This document shows, piece by piece, positions 13,094-25,895 of a stretch of DNA of 64,000 nucleotides. Made by a program: the position numbers and the translations under genes. The DNA comes from Pristiophorus japonicus. Taxonomy: Eukaryota. The stretch covers positions 4,898,001 to 4,962,000 of the forward strand of contig NC_092006.1 of the NCBI RefSeq assembly GCF_044704955.1, in the 5' to 3' direction. The notes beneath the pieces were generated by a model. The model saw only the letters and a list, made by a program, of their open reading frames with translations, did no database searches and had not been told where the DNA came from. Numbering within the stretch: position 1 is the first letter of the stretch; every line of letters starts with the position of its first letter.

Positions 13094-14425
13094 TTACGTT
13101 TGGGTGTGTAAGTGCGTCTGTACCAAGGGCATAGCCTGAGGGGGGCATGGCCACCCCCAATCCAAAATAATAGTATTAAATTGTTCATGTGAAAAGCTTA
13201 AAATGTGATTGTTAATTTGGCTGAAAGAAATGAAAGACAAGTCTAACACATAGGCAGTAAAGAGTGTAGTTTTTATAATAAAATGTCAAAAACTATTTCA
13301 TTACATTTAACCACATTCTTATTTCTATTTTGTTATTTTTGTTTATTGATCTGCTGCATGATGTGTGGCCGGGACTGGTGGCATCTTTGACGCTTTGACC
13401 TGAAGCAGCGCCAATTGACGGCTCCTTCGATGTACGCGGCATCCAACTTGACCTGGCCGAGCCGCCCTATTTGTGAGAGTTGGCTTTTGGCATATTTTGA
13501 CCACAGTTCAAATCAACTCTCGCTTCGTTTCTGTCTGGACTCTCTGGCGTTTGGAAATTGGAAGACTCAGTTCGTGCCTGTCTGGAGTTTGGATCGTTCA
13601 GACGGATAAAGTTTGTCCTCCCCCCTCCCAATGGACAAATTCATCATCAGAAAACGTAAAAATGAGCGAGGAGATAACAATGACAGTGCCACTACAAGTT
13701 GGCCGACAACCATCGCCAGTACAAGCGGTGCCCAACCAAATCCTAAAAAACCCAAAATTCATCGTCAATATATGGAGGATTATTTGAGGTTTGGTTTTTC
13801 ATGGACAGGAGAAGAAGAATGCCCCGTTCCCCTGTGTGTTGTGAGCAGCGACTTTACATTGCAAGAAGAAGACGTATTGACTTCTATTTCTACAGACCGA
13901 GGTCTTAAAATGAAACATTCAGATTTGTCTCCTGATGCGTTCTGGATTTCTATTAAAGAAGAATATCCTATAGTATCAAAAAAAGCCTTGATAATTCTGA
14001 TGCAGTTTTCAGCATCATGTCTCTGCGAATTAGGATTCTCAACTCTTACGAACATCAAATGCAAAAAACAGGAAAAACTTGGAAAACTTGAACATGAAAT
14101 GAGAGTCGCCTTATCGGTTATACGCCCTAATATTAGTGACATAACTATAAAACATCAGGCTCAAGTATCACATTAAAATACTAATTAATCTAGAATTAAT
14201 GTGAGGAATTATTATTGTAGTTTATTATTTTATTGTTACTTTCAGAATAAAAAATAATTAGTAACATACATGTGTACAATGTTCATATGCTGTGATTAAT
14301 AAAATGTTTTTTAAATTTTCTGAAACTTGCTTTTTTAAAAAAACCTTTTAACCCCTTCAAGTGTGCCGCCAAAAATTCTAGTATTCGAAAGTGTGCCGCG
14401 AACACAGAAAGGCTGAGCGCCACTG
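12620..14425 (+). mobile_element. Internally deleted hAT (Charlie/Buster-type) DNA transposon
   Basis: Termini CAGTGGTTCTC... and ...GAGCGCCACTG; 8-bp TSD CATTATCT (12612-12619) / CGTTATCT (14426-14433) with central TA. Confidence 0.85.
13631..14176 (+). CDS. Truncated hAT transposase ORF: N-terminal BED-finger start fused in frame to C-terminal dimerisation domain (181 aa)
   Basis: RQYMEDYLRFGF...PLCVV joined to FWISIKEEYP..SKKAL..F...LCELGFS..KQAQVSH-like C-terminus, as in ZBED5/Buster-type transposases. Confidence 0.65.
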   Translation: MDKFIIRKRKNERGDNNDSATTSWPTTIASTSGAQPNPKKPKIHRQYMEDYLRFGFSWTGEEECPVPLCVVSSDFTLQEEDVLTSISTDRGLKMKHSDLSPDAFWISIKEEYPIVSKKALIILMQFSASCLCELGFSTLTNIKCKKQEKLGKLEHEMRVALSVIRPNISDITIKHQAQVSH

Positions 14426-14494
14426 CGTTATCTGGTGGGAAACTAGACCCAGTTACTACGTGAGACCACCAGCCCGGGGTGTGAAATGACAAGC

Positions 14495-14819
14495 CACTCG
14501 AGGTTCATCCCGAGCAGCTCCGTAACACAGGACCCTGTGCTCTACGGGCTGTTCCCGGGGACACACATCGAGACAGACATCACCTGCTGCTGGAGGGTCA
14601 TCAACTCAGTCAAAGACACACTTTGGTCTTGCCGAATCGTGCTGGTCTTCCAGAACAAGGAGATGTCCACGTCTGCGTGTTGCAGACTGGCGCAATCCAC
14701 GATCCAGGATTACGTGCTGAGGGTCGCACTTAAAATTGGTGCAGTCGCCGCAAAGACACGGTGGGGAAGGGCCACAGTTTAAAGCCCTTCTGACACGGTA
14801 AACCCAGGGGCTGGAATCA
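14495..14819 (+). mobile_element. Tx1/L1-clade LINE 3' fragment
   Basis: SRFIPSSSVTQDPVLYGLFPG...RWGRATV; same family as 25896-27610 and 45790-47050. Confidence 0.75.
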
Positions 14820-16044
14820 NNNNNNNNNNNNNNNNNNNNNNNNNNNNNNNNNNNNNNNNNNNNNNNNNNNNNNNNNNNNNNNNNNNNNNNNNNNNNNNNN
14901 NNNNNNNNNNNNNNNNNNNNNNNNNNNNNNNNNNNNNNNNNNNNNNNNNNNNNNNNNNNNNNNNNNNNNNNNNNNNNNNNNNNNNNNNNNNNNNNNNNNN
15001 NNNNNNNNNNNNNNNNNNNNNNNNNNNNNNNNNNNNNNNNNNNNNNNNNNNNNNNNNNNNNNNNNNNNNNNNNNNNNNNNNNNNNNNNNNNNNNNNNNNN
15101 NNNNNNNNNNNNNNNNNNNNNNNNNNNNNNNNNNNNNNNNNNNNNNNNNNNNNNNNNNNNNNNNNNNNNNNNNNNNNNNNNNNNNNNNNNNNNNNNNNNN
15201 NNNNNNNNNNNNNNNNNNNNNNNNNNNNNNNNNNNNNNNNNNNNNNNNNNNNNNNNNNNNNNNNNNNNNNNNNNNNNNNNNNNNNNNNNNNNNNNNNNNN
15301 NNNNNNNNNNNNNNNNNNNNNNNNNNNNNNNNNNNNNNNNNNNNNNNNNNNNNNNNNNNNNNNNNNNNNNNNNNNNNNNNNNNNNNNNNNNNNNNNNNNN
15401 NNNNNNNNNNNNNNNNNNNNNNNNNNNNNNNNNNNNNNNNNNNNNNNNNNNNNNNNNNNNNNNNNNNNNNNNNNNNNNNNNNNNNNNNNNNNNNNNNNNN
15501 NNNNNNNNNNNNNNNNNNNNNNNNNNNNNNNNNNNNNNNNNNNNTATCTATCTCTGTCGCTATTTCAATTCTTATCTCCATCTTTATCTCAATCTTTACA
15601 TCAATCTTTAGCTCAATCGCTATCTCTAGACCATATCTCTATCTTTCTCCATCTCTATATCTCTCTATTTTCATTATCTCTATCTTTATATCTAACCACG
15701 AACAGTTTCCAGTGACCCAATTTCTGTGAAACTTCAAACCAGGGTGAGATCTCCACAATACAAGCTGATTAAAATTAAAATAGCTCTCTTGAGCAAACGG
15801 AGTGGAATTATAGTTTTAAAACAGGGGCATTAAAGAAAACGGGTGTAATTGGGCCTGTACCCATGTCAGTTGTCCCACATTATCGATCAGGTTGGAGCAT
15901 TTCCGAGCATTAACACACTTCTGCTCAGAAAATCTGTCGACTTATTTCAAACCTTCAGTGAGCAAAGTTACACAACATTCCTTGGGAAGAGAGTGATACT
16001 TATAACTTTCCTTAAAAAATGTCAGCTGTGGCCAAGTAGATAGC

Positions 16045-16565
16045 GGGTTGTGGGTTCCAGTCCTACTCCAGAGACTTGAGCCCAAAATCTAGGCTGACAC
16101 TCCCAGCTGACACTGAGGGAGCACCACACTGTCGGAGGGGCGGTGCTGAGGGAGCGCCGTACTGCACTGTTGGAGGGGCAGTGCTGAGGGAGCGCTGTAC
16201 TGCACTGTCGGAGGGGCAGTACTGAGGGAGCCCCGCACTGTCGGAGGGGCAGTACTGAGGGAGCCACGCACTGTCGGAGGGGCAGTACTGAGGGAGCGCT
16301 GCACTGTCGGTGGGGCAGTACTGAGGAAGCGCCGTACTGCACTGTTGGAGGGGCAGTACTGAGGGAGCGCCGCACTGTCGGAGGGGCAGTACTGAGGGAG
16401 GGCTGCACTGTCGGAGGGGCAGTACTGAGGGAGCGCCGTACTGCACTGTCGGAGGGGCAGTACTGAGGGCGCCCCGCACTGTCGGAGGCGCAGTACTGAG
16501 GGATCGCCGCACTGTCGGAGGGGCAGTACTGAGGGAGTGCCACACCGTCGGAGGGGCAGTACTGA
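16045..16565 (+). mobile_element. Deu-type SINE head with expanded internal tandem
   Basis: ggttgtgggttccagtcctactccag head followed by (cactgtcggaggggcagtactgagggagcgc)n. Confidence 0.75.
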
Positions 16566-16566
16566 A

Positions 16567-18875
16567 ATTGAGCTATGAGGAAAGATTGGATAGGCTGGGA
16601 TTGTTTTCCTTGGAACAGAGGAGGCTGAGGGGAGATTTAATTGAGGTGTATAAAATGATGAGGGGCCTGGATAGAGTGGATAGGAAGGAGTATAATGTTG
16701 GAAAGTGTGAGGTCATGCACTTTGGCAGAAAAAAATCAAAGAGCAAGTTATTATTGAAATGGAGAAAGATTGCAAAGTGCTGCAGTACAGCGGGACCTGG
16801 GGGTACTTGTGCATGAAACACAAAAGGATAGTATGCAGGTACAGCAAGTGATCAGGAAGGCCAATGGTATCTTGGCCTTTATTGCAAAGGAGATGGCGTA
16901 TAAAAGCAGGGAAGCCTTGCTACAACTGTACAGGGTATTGGTGAGGCCATACCTGGAGTACTGTGTGCAGTTTTGGTTTCCATATTTACGAAAGGATATA
17001 CTTGCTTTGGAGGCAGTTCAGAGAAGGTTCATGCGGTTGATTCCGGGGATGAGGGGGTTGACTTATGAGGAAAGGTTGAGTAGGTTGGGCCTCTACTCAT
17101 TGGAATTCAGAAGAATGAGAGATGATCTTATCGAAACGTATAAGATTATGAGGGGGGCTTGACAAGGTGGATGCAGAGAGGATGTTTCCACTGATGGGGG
17201 AGCTAGAACTAGGGGGCACATAGTCTTAGAATAAAGGGCCGCCCATTTAAAACTGAGATGAGGAGGAATTTCTTCTCTCTGAGGGTTGTAAATCTGTGGA
17301 ATTCGCTGCCTCAGAGAGCTGTGGAAGCTGGGACATTGAATATATTTAAGACAGAAATAGACAGTTTCTTAAAAGATAAGGGGATAAGGGATTATGGAGA
17401 GCGGGCGGGGAAGTGGAGCTGAGTCCATGATCAGATCAGACATGATCGTATTAAATGGCAGAGCAGGCTAGAGGGGCCGTATGGCCAACTCCTGCTCCTA
17501 TTTCTGATGTTCTTATGAACTGTTTCTCTTGACAAAAGGGTCAATAACCAGGGGGCATAGATTGAAAGTAATTGGGGGGAGGTTTAGAGGGCATTTGTGG
17601 GGAAATGTCTTCACCCAGAGGGTGGTGGGGGTCTGGGGTGGAACTCACTGCCTGAAAGGGTGGTAGAGGCAGAAACCCTCACCACATTTAAACAGTACCT
17701 GGATGTACACTTGAAGTGCCGTAACCCACAGGGCTACGGACCGAGAGCGGGAAAGTGGGATTAGGCTGGGTGTCTCTTTGTCGACTGGTGCAGACACGAT
17801 GGGCCGAATGGCCTCCTTCCCTGCTGTAAATTTCAATGTTTTGAATATTCTATAAGCAGGTCGATGAGTGATCAGATAGAGGGGTTTAAGATTATGAAAG
17901 GGGTCGATAGGGTAGATGTAGAGAAGATATTTCCACTAGTGGGGGAGACCAGAACCAGAGGCCGTCAATATCAGACAGTCACCAATAAATCCAACGGGAA
18001 ATTCAGGAGAAACTTCTTTACCCAGAGAGCGGTGAGAATGTGGAACTCGCTGCCACAGGGAGGGGTTGAGGCAAATAGTATCAATGTATTTAAGGGGAAG
18101 CTGGATAAACACATGGGGGAGAAGGGAATAGAGGGATATGGGGATGGGGTGAGATGGAGAGGGGAGGGAAGGGGCTGGTGTGGAGCATAAACCCCGGCAC
18201 GGAGCGGTGGGGCCAAATGGCACAGGCGGTGAAGAAGGCAAGTGGTATGCTGGCCTTCATAGCGAGGGGATTTGAGTATAGGAGCAGGGAGGTCTTACTG
18301 CAGTTGTACAGGGCCTTGATGTATTGTGTACAGTTTTGGTCTCCTAATCTGAGGAAGGACATTCTTGCTATTGAGGGAGTGCAGCGAAGGTTCACCAGAC
18401 TGATTCCCGGGATGGCAGGACTGACATATGAAGAAAGATTGGATCGACTAGGCTTATATTCACTGGAGTTTAGAAGAATGAGAGGGGATCTCACAGAAAC
18501 ATATAAAATTCTGACGGGACTGGACAGGTTAGATGCAGGAAGAATGTTCCCGATGTTGGGGAAGTCCAGAACCAGGGTTCACAATCTAAGGATAAGGGGT
18601 AAGCCATTTAGGACCGAGTTGAGGAGAAACTTCTTCACCCAGAGAATTGTGAACCTGTGGAATTCTCTACCACAGAAAGTTGTTGAGGCCAGTTCGTTGG
18701 AAATATTCAGAAGGGAGTTAGATGTGGCCCTTACGGCTAAAGGGATCAAGGGGTATGGAGAGAAAGCAGGAATGGGGTACTGAAGTTGCATGATCAGCCA
18801 TGATCATATTGAATGGCGGTGCAGGCTCCAAGGGCCGAATGGCCTACTCCTGCACCTACTTTCTATGTTTCTATG
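16567..18875 (+). mobile_element. Nested/adjacent CR1 fragments of several subfamilies
   Basis: ORFs 16568-16816, 16770-17162, 17864-18190, 18154-18783 all resemble the CR1 RT C-terminus. Confidence 0.85.
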
Positions 18876-18949
18876 AGTAGCCTGTGTCTGTGCTGCACGC
18901 TGTGTGCAATTCTACCAGAAGGGTCACCCTCTTCTGAAGAATGAAGTGG

Positions 18950-19450
18950 TGTGGGGAACGGAGCGATGAGAGCAAGCGAGGTAAGTTTCGAATCAATTAC
19001 CGGTAGAGTTTGGCCGCGAGTCGAGCGGACCAATTTTTGCACTGCGCTGAATTTCTGAGCCGAGGTGCAGCAGTCCTTGACCTCAAAGGGCAGAGAAGCG
19101 AGGGCGACCCTGAAGCAGAGAGGTCAGGAGGATACAACCCGGCCACAGCCAGAGCAGAGGCGCCCGGCTTGTGGGCCGCGCGTGACGCGGTAGGCGCCTC
19201 GCCCGCCGCTCACGCTGCTTGCGGGGAGGGGCCGCTTGCGAACAGACGCGAAAGGCTCAGCCACGAACTGGTGGAAATAGCTGCACTGCCACAGATTCTG
19301 CCTTAGCCCGAAAGAGAGTGGCCGAGCTCGAAGCTCTCTGTGGTTTTCCTGTTGCTGCAGAAAGGTCAAACTCTGAGACATCACATCAAACCGCTCGCAG
19401 TTTGCCGCCCAGAGTACATTCAACCCAACCTACAGCAGCCCCCGTGTGCA
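18950..19450. promoter_or_regulatory. CpG-rich island-like segment
   Basis: High CpG density with GC-box-like gcccgcc and CRE-like cgtgacgc; no recognisable repeat or ORF. Confidence 0.35.
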
Positions 19451-19559
19451 TTAACCTCATGTGCACCATTGCCTTTCTAGGTGGCGGTGCTCGGTGTTCG
19501 GACAGAAGGAATTGGTGTTATTCTGAGTCCCAGTTACATTCATTAACCACCCCCCCCCC

Positions 19560-19900
19560 CCCGCACTCCCTACTCCACCGCGGCTGCAGTGTGCACCATC
19601 TATCTGGCAAGTGTCTCACCTCCTGACTCCCCCAAAGCCTCTCCCACCATCTCCAAGTCAGGAGTGTGATGGAACACTCCCCACTTGCCTGGATGAGTTG
19701 CAGCTCCAGCAACGCTCGGGAAGCTCGACACCGTCCAGGACAAAGCAGCCCCGCTCGATCGGCCACGCTCCCCACCACCTTCAACACTCACTCCCTCCAC
19801 CACCGGCGCACCGTGGCTGCAGTGTGCACCGTCTACACGATGCACCGCGGCAACTCGCCAAGGCTTCTTCGGCAGCACCTCCCAAACCCGCCACCTCTAC
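19560..19900 (+). mobile_element. Degenerate non-LTR retrotransposon RT 3' fragment
   Basis: ggagtgtgatggaacactccccacttgcctggatgag...caggacaaagcagcc; related piece at about 6700-6890 (-). Confidence 0.6.
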
Positions 19901-20236
19901 CCGCTATACCAGGGGTGGATTAACCCCACCAAAGAACATCGGCCCACCAAATAAATGTAGGAACAAAATATAAGGCCTTCCAAATAGGCTGAATAGAATC
20001 CACAACGAGAGAGGAGAAAAGCAAGACTGAGGAAAATATCGTTTGTTGGCCTAACGTGTACATAGATCAACGACAGGCCAAATCCACCCTTTTCACTCTG
20101 TGTATTGAACATGGCTGCTGGCTACTATTGAAATGGGAGACATCATTGAGAAATTCCCATGTAGGAAATCTCGCAATGTTATCTTATAAAGTACCTACGG
20201 GCTATATACTGGCTGATACAGGCTAGATTCACTTGT

Positions 20237-21447
20237 ATATACCTATATACAGAAGTGCCTATATACACGAATGTACCTATATACAGAAGTACCTATATAC
20301 ACTAATGTACCAATATACAGAAGTACCTATACACACTAATGCACCTATATACACTGATGTACCAATATAGAGAAGTACCTATATACACGAAAGCACCTGT
20401 ATACAGAATTACCTATACACACTAATGCACCTATATACACTGATGTACCAATATACAGAAGTACCTATATACACTGATGTACCAGTATACAGAAGTACCT
20501 ATACACACTAATGCACCTATATACACTGATGTACTGATATACAGAAGTACCTATATACACTAATGTACCTATATACACTAATGCACCTATATACACTGAT
20601 GTACTGATATACAGAAGTACCTATATACACTAATGTACCTATATACACTAATGTACCTATATACACTAATGCACCTATATACACTGATGTACTGATATAC
20701 AGAAGTACCTATATACACTAATGTACCTATATACACTAATGTACCTATATACACTAATGCACCTTTTTAAAGAAGTACCTATATACACTGATGTACCAGT
20801 ATACAGAAGTACCTATATACACGAAAGCACCTATATACAGAAGTACCTATACACACTAATGTACCTATATACACGAAAGCACCTGTATACAGAATTACCT
20901 ATACACACTAATGCACCTATATACACTGATGTACCAATATACAGAAGTACCTATATACACTGATGTACCAGTATACAGAAGTACCTATACACACTAATGC
21001 ACCTAATACACTGATGTACTGATATACAGAAGTACCTATATACACTAATGTACCTATATACACTAATGCACCTATATACACTGATGTACTGATATACAGA
21101 AGTACCTATATACACTAATGTACCTATATACACTAATGTACCTATATACACTAATGCACCTTTTTACAGAAGTACCTATATACACTGATGTACCAGTATA
21201 CAGAAGTACCTATATACACGAAAGCACCTATATACAGAAGTACCTATACACACTAATGTACCTATATACACTGATGTACTGATATACAGAAGTACCTATA
21301 TACACTAATGTACCTATATACACTAATGTACCTATATACACTAATGCACCTATATACAGGAATACACCTATATACAGAAGTACCTATATACACGAATGTA
21401 CCTATATACAGAAGTACCTATATTTACTAATGTATCTATATACAGAA
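20237..21447. repeat. AT-rich minisatellite (agaagtacctatatac / actaatgtacctatatac subunits)
   Basis: Direct inspection of 16-18-bp tandem subunits. Confidence 0.95.
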
Positions 21448-22333
21448 CAGAAAATGTAGTAACCTGTTTTATTTCACATGTTATTGAGAGAAATTTGCAT
21501 CTCTAGATAGGAACCTAGTATTACAATATTACCAGAATATATACCTACTTGATACAGAATATATGCTTTCATTGTTGAATAAACTGGCCTATGTTTTCAT
21601 ACTCAGAATCAGAATCATACACATCATGTAATGAAGATGAACAAATGTAATTATCGGCCCATTCATGCATAATTCATCCATAAAAGTTGAATTAGTACTT
21701 AAAATAAAAAGCAAAGTGCGTATATATCAAATTTTTACAAACTTTTCACCCAACTCCCTCAGTGTACTTCCTCCCAGATCGCCCCAGTGCAGATTCTCGG
21801 AGATTTTGCTCTCAAATTTTGTTGAATTTCCACTCAGAATTATTCGCAGTGAAATCACAAGCCAGCTGGAATACCTTCGCGGTTCCGCTAACAATAGCGA
21901 TCATAAGACAGCCTTAACCGTACCGCTAATAGATTGCAGCCGGGATTCAATTTCCCTTCGGTTATTCGGTGTACGGAAACGTCTGCGTGCAGCATTGGGG
22001 GGGGACAAATGTTCAATGTAACCTCCTCCTGGCAAAACACTTGCAATTTAGGAGCATCGAATACAAGTAGGAACATTTTTTTAACATAGTCCTACTCCGG
22101 TTAAAAGGCTCGGCTGTGACCACCACCACTCGGCTGTGTGGCCCAATGCTGTCCCGGGGAATTTACAGCCACGGAAACATAGAAAATAGGTGCAGGAGCA
22201 GGCCATTCGGCCCTTCGAGCCTGCACCACCATTCGATATGATCATGGCTGGTCATGCAACTTCAGTACCCCATTCCCTGCTTTCTCTCCATACCCCCTGA
22301 TCCCTTTAGCCGTAAGGGCCACATCTAACTCCC

Positions 22334-23000
22334 TGTTGTCGGGCACTTCCAAAGGCAAAGGCACCTGCAGGGTGTACGTGTGCATGTATATGTAAAGGGC
22401 GGCCAGATATATAAAATGGCTGCCAGAGATTCCGCAAAGCATTAGGGGAATTTAGCTAGCCAGCTTGACTACGTTCCTAGCAACTGAAAAGGGCGCGCTC
22501 AGCAGAATGTCTCGAATCAGCAACCCCCCCAGACAAGATGTCCTGGTAGATTACTAGACAATGGGATCCCTGTAACTGTGCAACTGAGTAATGGGATTCT
22601 CATAACTGTGTCAAGATAAGGAGGTTAGGCGCCAACAAAACCCAAGGACAGTCGAGGTAAGGGGGTCTGGAAAAACATCAGGAGACCACAAGTAACTCCC
22701 TTCCTGGACATGAAGTGATCACACAGCCCCTGCTACTGAGGGGCCAAATCCATTGGCCCAAAGGCACCGATATGTAACCGATACTCGTTATGATTGGATT
22801 GTGTCCAGCCGAGATGGGCTGAGTAATTGTAGTGAACTGACTGTAAAACATATAAGTAGTGACGAATTGCTTTGTTCGGCAGAGAGGAGTGCCTGGAGTT
22901 ACCCAGAGGCTGTCTCCCCGCCGGCGTAAACAAACCATTTTTGACGTTTGGAACCGACCCGAGTGACGATCGATTCTTCCAGAAAACATCCGCGCCAACA
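22334..23000. mobile_element. Solo LTR inserted in a CR1 3' end
   Basis: TGTTG...CAACA termini; 5-bp TSD CTCCC (22329-22333, 23001-23005); the CR1 sequence resumes exactly across it. Confidence 0.8.
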
Positions 23001-23469
23001 CTCCCTTTTGAATATATCCAACGAACTGGCCTCAACAACTTTCTGTGGTAGAGAATTCCACAGGTTCACCATTCTCTGGGTGAAGAAGTTTCTCCTCATC
23101 TCGGTCCTATGTGGCTTGCCCCTTACCCTTAGACTGTGACCCCTAATGTGGAGTGTGACCTCTGCCAATTGCAACCCCGCTGGAGACAATTGGAACTGAT
23201 CACAGGGCTGGTTCTATCGCTCAGTGTAATGAATTCTGAAACAAAACCCTCTTTGATGCGATTCATTTACCGGGGTGGACTGCACACACAGCTCTGGGTT
23301 CGTTTCTAGAGCAGTGGAATTGCAAAGGCAAGATGCTCTATGCTTACATGGAACCAAGGTTGGACCACACTTGGAGCACTGTGCATAATTCTGGTCTCCA
23401 TGTTCGAAAAATAGAGAAGGTACGAAAAAGATAAACAAGGATGAGACCAAGAACTGAGGGATTGGAATC

Positions 23470-24175
23470 ATAGAATCTGAGACGTTTACAGCAGGGAAAG
23501 AGGCCATTCGGCCCATCGTGTCCACGCCGGCCGACAAAGAGCCACCCAGCCTATTCCCACTTTCCAGCTCTCGGTCCGTAGCCCTGTAGGTTACGGCACT
23601 TCAGGTGCACATCCAAATGTGGTGAGGGTTTCTGCCTCGACCACCCTTTCAGGCCGTGAGTTCCAGACCCCCACCACCCTCTGGGTGAAGACATTTCACC
23701 TCAAATCACCTCTAAACAGCCCCCCCCTCCCAATTACGTTCAATCTCTGCCCCCTGGTTGTTGACCCCTCTGCCAAGGGAAACAGGGTTACACCTATCAG
23801 GAAAGTCCTGTGGAGTGACCTAATAGGGGGTCTTTAAAACGATGAAAGGGTAGGGCAGACAGAGAGAGGGAGTGGTTCCACTTGTGTGGGGGAGACCAGA
23901 ACCAGGGGCCATCAATATCAGACAGTCACTAATAAACCCAATGGGGAATTCAGGAGAAACTTCTTTACCCAGAGAGCGGTGAGAATGTGGAACTCGCTGC
24001 CACAGGGAGGGGATGAGGCGAATAGTATCGATGCATTTCAGGGGAAGCTGGATAAACACATGAGGGAGAAAGGAATAGACGGATATGGTGATGGGGTGAG
24101 ATGGAGAGGGGTGGGAGGGGGCTGGTGTGGAGCATAAACCCCGGCACGGAGCGATGGGCCGCTTCTGTGCCGTAA
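23470..24175. mobile_element. CR1 3' fragments
   Basis: ORF 23886-24137 (NFFTQRAVRMWNSLP) and a minus-strand piece at about 23480-23790. Confidence 0.75.
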
Positions 24176-24310
24176 TATCAAAGAGTCTTAACGACCAATG
24201 CAAACAGAGCATAACTGTGCTATGAATTTTCCTGTGGACACAAATTACAATACATCGTGGAACACTGCAATCATTGTTATCGTTTGCCGAGGTGTTCAAT
24301 CAAACTATTA

Positions 24311-24975
24311 GAAAGAAAGAAAGACTTGCATTTACATAGCGCCTTTCACGATCAATGGACATCTCAAAGCGCTTCACAGCTAATGAAGTACTTTTGGAGC
24401 GCGGTCACTGTTGTAATGTGGGAAACGCAGCGGCCAATTTGCGCACAGCAAGCTCCCACACACAGCAATGTGATAATGACCCAGGTCATCTGTTTTAGTG
24501 ATGTTGGTTGAGGGATAAATATTGGCCCCAGGACACCGGGGATTAATCCCCCTGCTCTTCTTCCAATACTGGCCGTGGGATCTTTTACATCCACCTGACA
24601 GAATAGACGGAGCCTCGGTTTAATGTCTCATCCGAAAGAGGGCACCTCCGACAGTGCGGCGCTCCCTCAGTACTGCCCCTCTGACAGTGCGGCGCTCCCT
24701 CAGTACCGCCCCTCCGACAGTGCGGCGCTCCCTCAGTACCGCCCCTCCGACAGTGCGGCGCTCCCTCAGTACTGCCCCTCCAACAGTGCGGCGCTCCCTC
24801 AGTACCGCCCCTCCGACAGTGCGGCGCTCCCTCAGTACTGCCCCTCCGACAGTGTGGCACTCCCTCTGCACTGCACTGGAGTGTCAGCCTGGATTTACAT
24901 GCTCAAGTATCTGGAGTGGGACTCGAACCCACAACCTTCTGACTCAGAGGCGAGCGTGCTGCCCACTGAGCCACA
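24311..24975 (-). mobile_element. Full-length Deu-domain tRNA-SINE (SacSINE1/AmnSINE1-like)
   Basis: A box TGGCTCAGTGG, B box GGTTCGAGTCC, internal 33-bp tandem, Deu core (gctgtgcgcaaattggc..gtttcccacattacaacagtgac), tail gcaagtctttctttc. Confidence 0.85.
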
Positions 24976-25895
24976 TTGGTAAATAGTGAATTCTTCCTGT
25001 GGATCGAGTGAATTCAGAAGAATAAACACGGTTGTCTCTGCCGTTATTTATGCAATAGGTTCAGTCAGTGGAAACCCACGCAATGGGCCTTAACAGAAAG
25101 GAGGGCAGTGCACGATATATTTTTAAATAGTAGGACTGATTTAAGAAAGGATTTGGATTCATTCAGCTTCTGTCTGAGTGCAATGAACGAAGGTGTCTCA
25201 CCGATTAGATTTCCGCGTGCATCTTCTGTCCTGGGGAGCAACAGACCAGTAACTAACACATTACATCCAGCGCTGTCTGGTCCCCTGCAAGTAAGCTGGA
25301 GCAAGAATGTGTCACAACCTCTTTGCAGAATAAACTATAATGACCACTTTCGGATAACACAGCGAGCTTTCACCTCCCAAACCCACGGCTTCCACCACCT
25401 AGAAGAACAAGGGCAGCAGGCGCATGGGAACACCACCACCTCCAAGTCCCACACATAGAATCAGGGAAGGGTTACAGCACAGAGTCCGGCCATTTGTCCC
25501 GACGAGCCCGTGCCGGCTCTCTGCAAGAGCACCTCAGCCAGTCCCACTCCCCCGCCCTTTCCCCCGTACCCTTGCAAACGTTGTTTCCTTCAGGTAATTA
25601 TCCAACTCCCTTTTGAAAGCCACGTTTGAGTCTGCCTCTACCACCCTCTCAGGCAGTATATTCCAGACCCTAACCACTCGCTGCTTAAAAATAGTTTTTC
25701 CTCATTTCGCCTTTGCTTCTTCTGCCTTAAATCTGTGTCCTCTGCTTCTCCACCCTTCTCCTAATGGGAACAGTTCCTCTCTGTCTGGACCCCTCACGAT
25801 TTGGCCATCCTGACTTGGGCATAGGTCATTGGGTCACAATCCCGGAACTCCCTCCCTAACAGCACTGTTAGGAGCACCTTCACCACAGCGGACTG

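Noticed and set aside
24913-24975. tRNA-like A/B boxes
   Set aside because: SINE head, not a cloverleaf tRNA gene.
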